A stretch of DNA of 64,000 nt from contig JAGWWY010000010.1 in assembly GCA_018970145.1 (NCBI GenBank), positions 21,783 through 85,782 of the forward strand. The letters are read 5' to 3'. Source of the DNA: Gammaproteobacteria bacterium. Lineage in GTDB: Bacteria > Pseudomonadota > Gammaproteobacteria > Steroidobacterales > Steroidobacteraceae. Below, piece by piece: positions 59,700-64,000 of the stretch (within the stretch, counting starts at the first letter, position 1; every line of letters begins with the position of its first letter). The notes below the pieces were generated by a model that was not told where the DNA came from, did not search any database, and saw only the letters and a list, made by a program, of their open reading frames with translations. Made by a program: the position numbers and the translations under genes.

Positions 59700-59801
59700 G
59701 CGTCCGCGACCCCGAAAAACAGCTGAAAAACAGTTTTCGATGATACTCCCAAACGGAGTTTGACCGTGAACTGGTCGATCGAGCCGAAACGACGCCGAGC
59801 G

Positions 59802-61229
59802 TCAGCGATTCGGCATGTCGATGGCACGCTTATCCGCGGCCAATGCCGCTTCGTGCAGCGCTTCGGAGAGCGTCGGGTGTGCGTGGATCGTACGCTGCAG
59901 ATCCTCGGCGCTCGCCGAGTACTCCATCGCCAGTACGGCCTCTGCAATCAACTCGCCTGCCATCGGACCGATGATGTGGACACCGAGAATTTGATCGTCG
60001 TCGGCTGCGACGACGACCTTGGCGAAACCTTGACTGGACTCCATCGCGCGCGCGCGGCCGCTGGCGAGGAACGGGAAGCTGCCAACCTTGTACGATCGGC
60101 CGCTCGCTTTGACTTGCTCCTCGGTTTGACCGACCCACGCGATCTCCGGCGCCGTGTAAATCACCGACGGGATCGCATCGTAGTTGACATGGGCATAGCG
60201 CCCCGCGATGCGATCAGCGACCGACACACCCTCTTCCTTGCCCTTGTGCGCAAGCATCGGACCCCGTACACAATCGCCCACCGCCCACACGTTCTCGACG
60301 CCGGTGTGGCAGTGCTCATCCACTTCGATGAAACCACGGGTGTCGAGCTTCACGCCGGTTCCGTCCGCGAGCAAGTTGTCTGTGTAGGGACGACGACCGA
60401 TGCACACGATCAACTTGTCAACCGCGAGTGACTGGGTCGCATCGCTCGAATCGGTGTAGGTCACATCGACCGCATCCGCCTTCACCGTTGCACCAGTGAC
60501 CTTCGCACCAAGGCGAATATCGAGACCCTGCTTCTTGAAATGCTTCAGCGCCTCTTTCGAGAGCTGTTGATCGGCCATGGTGAGAAAACCCGGCATCGCC
60601 TCGAGAACCACGACTTCCGCGCCGAGTCGGCGCCACACGCTGCCAAGCTCCAAGCCGATGACACCCGCACCGATGATGCCCAAGCGCTTCGGGACCGCAT
60701 CGAACTCGAGAGCGCCCCAGCTATCGATGATGTATTTGCCATCGAACGGTACGCTCTTGAGCGGCATCGGCTCTGAACCGCTTGCTAGCACGACGTGGCG
60801 GGCGGACAAAGTCTGCGTCGCACCATCATGTGCCGTGAATTCAACTTGTCGGTTCGCGAGCAACTTGCCATGGCCTTGCATGGCGACGACACCCGCAGAC
60901 TTGAGCAGCTGCACGATGCCACCGGTCATGTTTTTCACGATGCCCGTTTTACGCTTTTGCATCGCGGCGATATCAACCGACACCGTACCTGTTTTGATGC
61001 CATGCGAAGCGAACTCGGACTGCGCTCGATGGAAGAGCTCAGAGGACTCAAGCAGCGCCTTCGACGGAATACAGCCCGCATTCAGGCAAGTTCCGCCAAA
61101 AGTGGCCGAACCGTCGTAGTTCTTCCAACCGTCGATACAGGCGACCTTCAACCCGTTTTGCGCCGCGCGGATGGCGGCCGGATAACCCGCGGGGCCGCCG
61201 CCAATGACGATGACATCGAATTCGTTCAT
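59802..61229 (-). CDS. lpdA: Dihydrolipoyl dehydrogenase (E3)
   Basis: It has an FAD motif (VIVIGGGPAGY), a redox disulfide (GGTCLNAGCIPSK) and a C-terminal HAHPTLSE. The start is ATG 61229. Confidence 0.95.
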   Translation of the reverse strand: MNEFDVIVIGGGPAGYPAAIRAAQNGLKVACIDGWKNYDGSATFGGTCLNAGCIPSKALLESSELFHRAQSEFASHGIKTGTVSVDIAAMQKRKTGIVKNMTGGIVQLLKSAGVVAMQGHGKLLANRQVEFTAHDGATQTLSARHVVLASGSEPMPLKSVPFDGKYIIDSWGALEFDAVPKRLGIIGAGVIGLELGSVWRRLGAEVVVLEAMPGFLTMADQQLSKEALKHFKKQGLDIRLGAKVTGATVKADAVDVTYTDSSDATQSLAVDKLIVCIGRRPYTDNLLADGTGVKLDTRGFIEVDEHCHTGVENVWAVGDCVRGPMLAHKGKEEGVSVADRIAGRYAHVNYDAIPSVIYTAPEIAWVGQTEEQVKASGRSYKVGSFPFLASGRARAMESSQGFAKVVVAADDDQILGVHIIGPMAGELIAEAVLAMEYSASAEDLQRTIHAHPTLSEALHEAALAADKRAIDMPNR

Positions 61230-61246
61230 GAGAATAATTCCTGGAA

Positions 61247-62425
61247 TCAAAGCCCGAGCAGCATGCGACCCGGATCCTCGAGACAATCTTTGATCGTGAC
61301 GAGGAACTGCACCGCCTCACGACCATCGATGATGCGATGGTCGTAGCTGACGGCGAGATACATCATCGGCCGCACGACGATCTGACCATTCACGACCACT
61401 GGTCGCTCCTGGATCTTGTGCATACCGAGAATGGCGCTCTGCGGCGCATTCACGATGGGCGTGGAGAGCAAGGAGCCAAACACGCCACCGTTGGTGATCG
61501 TGAAGGTACCACCCTGTAGATCCTCAAGGGCGAGGCTACCCGCACGGGCGCGCGTGCCGTACTCGACGATCTGCTTTTCGATCTGCGCAAAGCCGAGATT
61601 CTCAGCGTTACGCAGAACCGGCACGACGAGTCCGCGGTCGGTCGAAACGGCGACGCCCACATCATAGAACTCGTGATAGATGACATCGTTGCCTTCGACG
61701 GCCGCATTCATCACCGGGAACTTACGCAACGCCTCGATGCTCGCCTTCACGAAAAACGACATGAAACCGAGTTTTACGCCGTGTTCTTTCTCGAAGCGAT
61801 CCTTGTGTCGCGCGCGCAGCTCGGTGACCGCCGTCAGATCCACTTCATTAAAGGTGGTCAACAACGCGGCTGTGTGTTGGGCCTGGACGAGGCGCTCGGC
61901 AATGCGCGCCCGCAGACGCGTCATCGGCACCCGCTGCTCCGCCCGCGGTCCCGACGGTGCCGCCGCCGGCGCGGCCGTCGCCGCTGCAGCCGCAGTTGGC
62001 GCGGCCTTCGGGGCGCTCGCCGCGCTGATGACATCCGACTTGGTCAAGCGACCATCGCGACCTGTGCCAGTGACCGAGGCAGGATCCACCTTGGTCTCTT
62101 CCACGACACGACGCACAGCTGGACTGAGCTTCGGGTCCGAGGTTGTAACACTCGAGGCGGCTACGGTAGCCGCCGGCGTGCCCTTGGCGCCTTCTTCAAA
62201 GAGCGCGAGCAGGTCACCGCTCTTGACGGTTGTACCCGGTTGCACTTTCCATTCTTTGACCACACCCGCAGCCGGCGCCGGTACTTCGAGCACAACCTTG
62301 TCGGTCTCGAGATCAGCGAGATTCTCATCACGACTGGCAGCTTCGCCGGGCTGCTTGCGCCAAGCGACCAAAGTGGCATCGGCCACGGATTCAGGCAGTT
62401 GCGGAACGCGAATTTCAGTAGTCAT
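61247..62425 (-). CDS. sucB: 2-oxoglutarate dehydrogenase E2 (dihydrolipoyllysine succinyltransferase)
   Basis: It has a lipoyl domain ([13 protein letters not shown]), an Ala/Pro linker, a PSBD and a catalytic domain ([11 protein letters not shown]). Confidence 0.95.
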   Translation of the reverse strand: MTTEIRVPQLPESVADATLVAWRKQPGEAASRDENLADLETDKVVLEVPAPAAGVVKEWKVQPGTTVKSGDLLALFEEGAKGTPAATVAASSVTTSDPKLSPAVRRVVEETKVDPASVTGTGRDGRLTKSDVISAASAPKAAPTAAAAATAAPAAAPSGPRAEQRVPMTRLRARIAERLVQAQHTAALLTTFNEVDLTAVTELRARHKDRFEKEHGVKLGFMSFFVKASIEALRKFPVMNAAVEGNDVIYHEFYDVGVAVSTDRGLVVPVLRNAENLGFAQIEKQIVEYGTRARAGSLALEDLQGGTFTITNGGVFGSLLSTPIVNAPQSAILGMHKIQERPVVVNGQIVVRPMMYLAVSYDHRIIDGREAVQFLVTIKDCLEDPGRMLLGL

Positions 62426-62447
62426 CGAAGGAGAGTCCTCAAAAAAA

Positions 62448-64000
62448 TCAACGCTTGCGACGCGCCGCTACCGCGGCGCGCGGCACGGAGGTCGACGTGC
62501 TCGCCGCTACGGCCGGAGCCGGATCGCCGAGTCGTTTGGTGGTTCGGTTGTCATCCTCGCGGGCTGCAGACTTCAGAGCCGCATCAACGAGTCGAGCCTG
62601 CTCGGTCTCGTGGATCTTCGGAATACCCGTCGCCGGTGCGGCCGCAGGCGGACGACCCGCGTACAACAACGCCCGTCCCGCGAGCGGCCGTTCGAGCCGA
62701 TGCCGGATCTGGTACCAAGCACCCTGATTTTGCGGCTCTTCCTGGCACCAAACGATTTCCGTGGCGTTCGGGTAACGTGCAATTACGGCGGCATACTCTT
62801 CAGCGGGGAAAGGATAGATTTGTTCGAGCCGCGCGAGTGCGACGTCCTGCTGACCCGCAGCCCGACGCGCCTTGAGCAGATCGAAATAGACCTTACCGCT
62901 TGCGATCACGAGACGACGGACCTTCGTCGGATCGATGGCATCGATTTCATCGATCACGTTGCAAAATGAATCCGATGCCAGATCCTCGAGACTCGAAACG
63001 GACAACTCGTGACGCAGCAGGCTCTTCGGCGTCATGACGATGAGCGGCTTACGAAACTCTCGCAACATTTGACGGCGCAACATGTGGAACATCTGCGCGG
63101 GAGTCGACGGTACGCACACGGACATATTGAGCTCGGCGCACAGCTGCAAGAATCTCTCGAGGCGAGCCGACGAATGCTCGGGTCCCTGCCCCTCATAACC
63201 ATGTGGTAAGAACAAAGTAATGCCGCAATACCGACCCCACTTCGACTCACCGGAACTGATGAACTGATCGATGATGACTTGGGCGCCGTTGACGAAATCG
63301 CCGAACTGACCTTCCCAGATCACGAGCACGCCCGGATCCGTCTGCGAATACCCGTACTCGAAACCAAGCACCGCCTCTTCCGAGAGTACCGAATCGATGA
63401 TCTGGCAACGCGGTTGGCGCTCGGCGACATGCTGCAGCGGAATGTGCACATCACCATTATGTTGATGATGTAGCACTGCGTGACGATGGAAGAACGTGCC
63501 GCGACCGGAGTCTTGACCCGAAATTCGCACCGCAAAGCCCTCTTCGAGCAAGCTCGCGTAGGCCAACGTTTCGGCGCAGCCCCAATCGAGCGGCAGTTCG
63601 CCCGAGATCATCTTGGCGCGATTGACCATGACTTGCTGCACGCGCGGGTGCAACGAGAAGCCTTCAGGGAGTTGGGTGATACGCTCACCGAGCGACTTCA
63701 GGCGTTTGACTTCGACGCCTGAGTGCACGCGCGCCGCCCAGTTGACCTGCATGTAGGGCGCCCAATTGACCGTGTATTTGTTGCCGATCATGCCGAGCGA
63801 CGCACGAGCCTGCGGCCGACCCTCATCAAGGCCCGTTCGGTATTGCTCAACGAGTGCCTCAGCATCGACCACTGACAACACACCCTCAGCCACCAAGCGC
63901 TCTGCATAGAGTTTGCGGGTCGTCGGATGCTTGCGGATGACGTTGTACATCACCGGCTGCGTGGCAGCGGGTTCGTCCGCCTCGTTGTGACCGAGGCGGC
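62448..64000 (-). CDS. sucA: 2-oxoglutarate dehydrogenase E1 component, 5' end beyond the window
   Basis: The frame stays open to nt 64000. The translated edge ([25 protein letters not shown]) matches the E. coli SucA internal block [16 protein letters not shown]. Confidence 0.95.
   Translation of the reverse strand, partial: RLGHNEADEPAATQPVMYNVIRKHPTTRKLYAERLVAEGVLSVVDAEALVEQYRTGLDEGRPQARASLGMIGNKYTVNWAPYMQVNWAARVHSGVEVKRLKSLGERITQLPEGFSLHPRVQQVMVNRAKMISGELPLDWGCAETLAYASLLEEGFAVRISGQDSGRGTFFHRHAVLHHQHNGDVHIPLQHVAERQPRCQIIDSVLSEEAVLGFEYGYSQTDPGVLVIWEGQFGDFVNGAQVIIDQFISSGESKWGRYCGITLFLPHGYEGQGPEHSSARLERFLQLCAELNMSVCVPSTPAQMFHMLRRQMLREFRKPLIVMTPKSLLRHELSVSSLEDLASDSFCNVIDEIDAIDPTKVRRLVIASGKVYFDLLKARRAAGQQDVALARLEQIYPFPAEEYAAVIARYPNATEIVWCQEEPQNQGAWYQIRHRLERPLAGRALLYAGRPPAAAPATGIPKIHETEQARLVDAALKSAAREDDNRTTKRLGDPAPAVAASTSTSVPRAAVAARRKR

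Noticed and set aside
59714-59740. The direct repeat GAAAAACAG x2 (period 11 nt) and a weak A/T hairpin in the lpdA-ruvC spacer, considered as a repeat element or terminator.
   Set aside because: - There are only two short copies.
- The stems are A/T-only and 5-6 bp long.
- On the minus strand the T-runs are interrupted and followed by GGGG.
- At most it is a weak lpdA terminator, and the support is not enough to annotate it.

Overview
This 64-kb window is high-GC, very tightly packed core chromosome from a Gammaproteobacterium. Its gene order resembles Pseudomonas/Xanthomonadales-type genomes, but that taxonomic call rests on synteny only.

By my own coordinates, only about 1.4 kb lies outside genes, and the largest intergenic gap is 104 nt.

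Gene content, left to right:
- A 5'-truncated PIN-PhoH ATPase, then bepA.
- A complete Mla lipid-asymmetry locus: mlaA convergent with mlaFEDCB.
- A nine-gene, translationally coupled SUF Fe-S operon: Rrf2 regulator, sufBCDS, sufU, sufT, a Rieske ferredoxin and a SixA-like phosphatase.
- An uncharacterised B12-domain radical SAM enzyme, divergent from a Trx-TPR protein.
- yhhQ and sppA.
- The rpsP-rimM-trmD-rplS operon, ffh, and a CorB-like transporter.
- radA, an orphan PP2C phosphatase, alr, dnaB, rplI-rpsR-rpsF, rlmB and rnr.
- tRNA-Leu(CAG), a saccharopine-dehydrogenase-like reductase, and purA.
- hflCKX-hfq-miaA-mutL-amiB-tsaE-nnr, then queG.
- panCB, a deoxynucleoside kinase, folK and pcnB.
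- tRNA-Glu(CUC), a LOG-family protein, and tRNA-Lys(UUU).
- queCE, cpoB-pal-tolBARQ-ybgC, ruvBAC, and lpdA-sucB-sucA (sucA is 5'-truncated).

I found no transposase, integrase, phage gene, CRISPR array, toxin-antitoxin pair, recognisable defence gene or compositionally foreign block. I therefore cannot support a claim that a clear novel multi-gene system lies here.

The items most worth a second look:
1. The 639-aa radical SAM protein, which has a non-canonical CX4CX2C motif and sits beside Fe-S and thioredoxin genes.
2. Two head-to-head gene pairs with almost no intergenic DNA, nnr/queG and ffh/corB-like. Their sequences fit leaderless or mutually overlapping 5' transcription.
3. The SUF operon, which is extended by SufU, SufT, a Rieske protein and a SixA-like protein.
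4. An orphan PP2C phosphatase.
5. Several small oddities: a tRNA-Leu wedged antisense in a co-directional gene string, a duplicated Shine-Dalgarno in front of pal, and an N-terminal extension on RuvC.

The ORF track translates GTG and TTG starts as M. I re-derived start codons from the nucleotides where I could.
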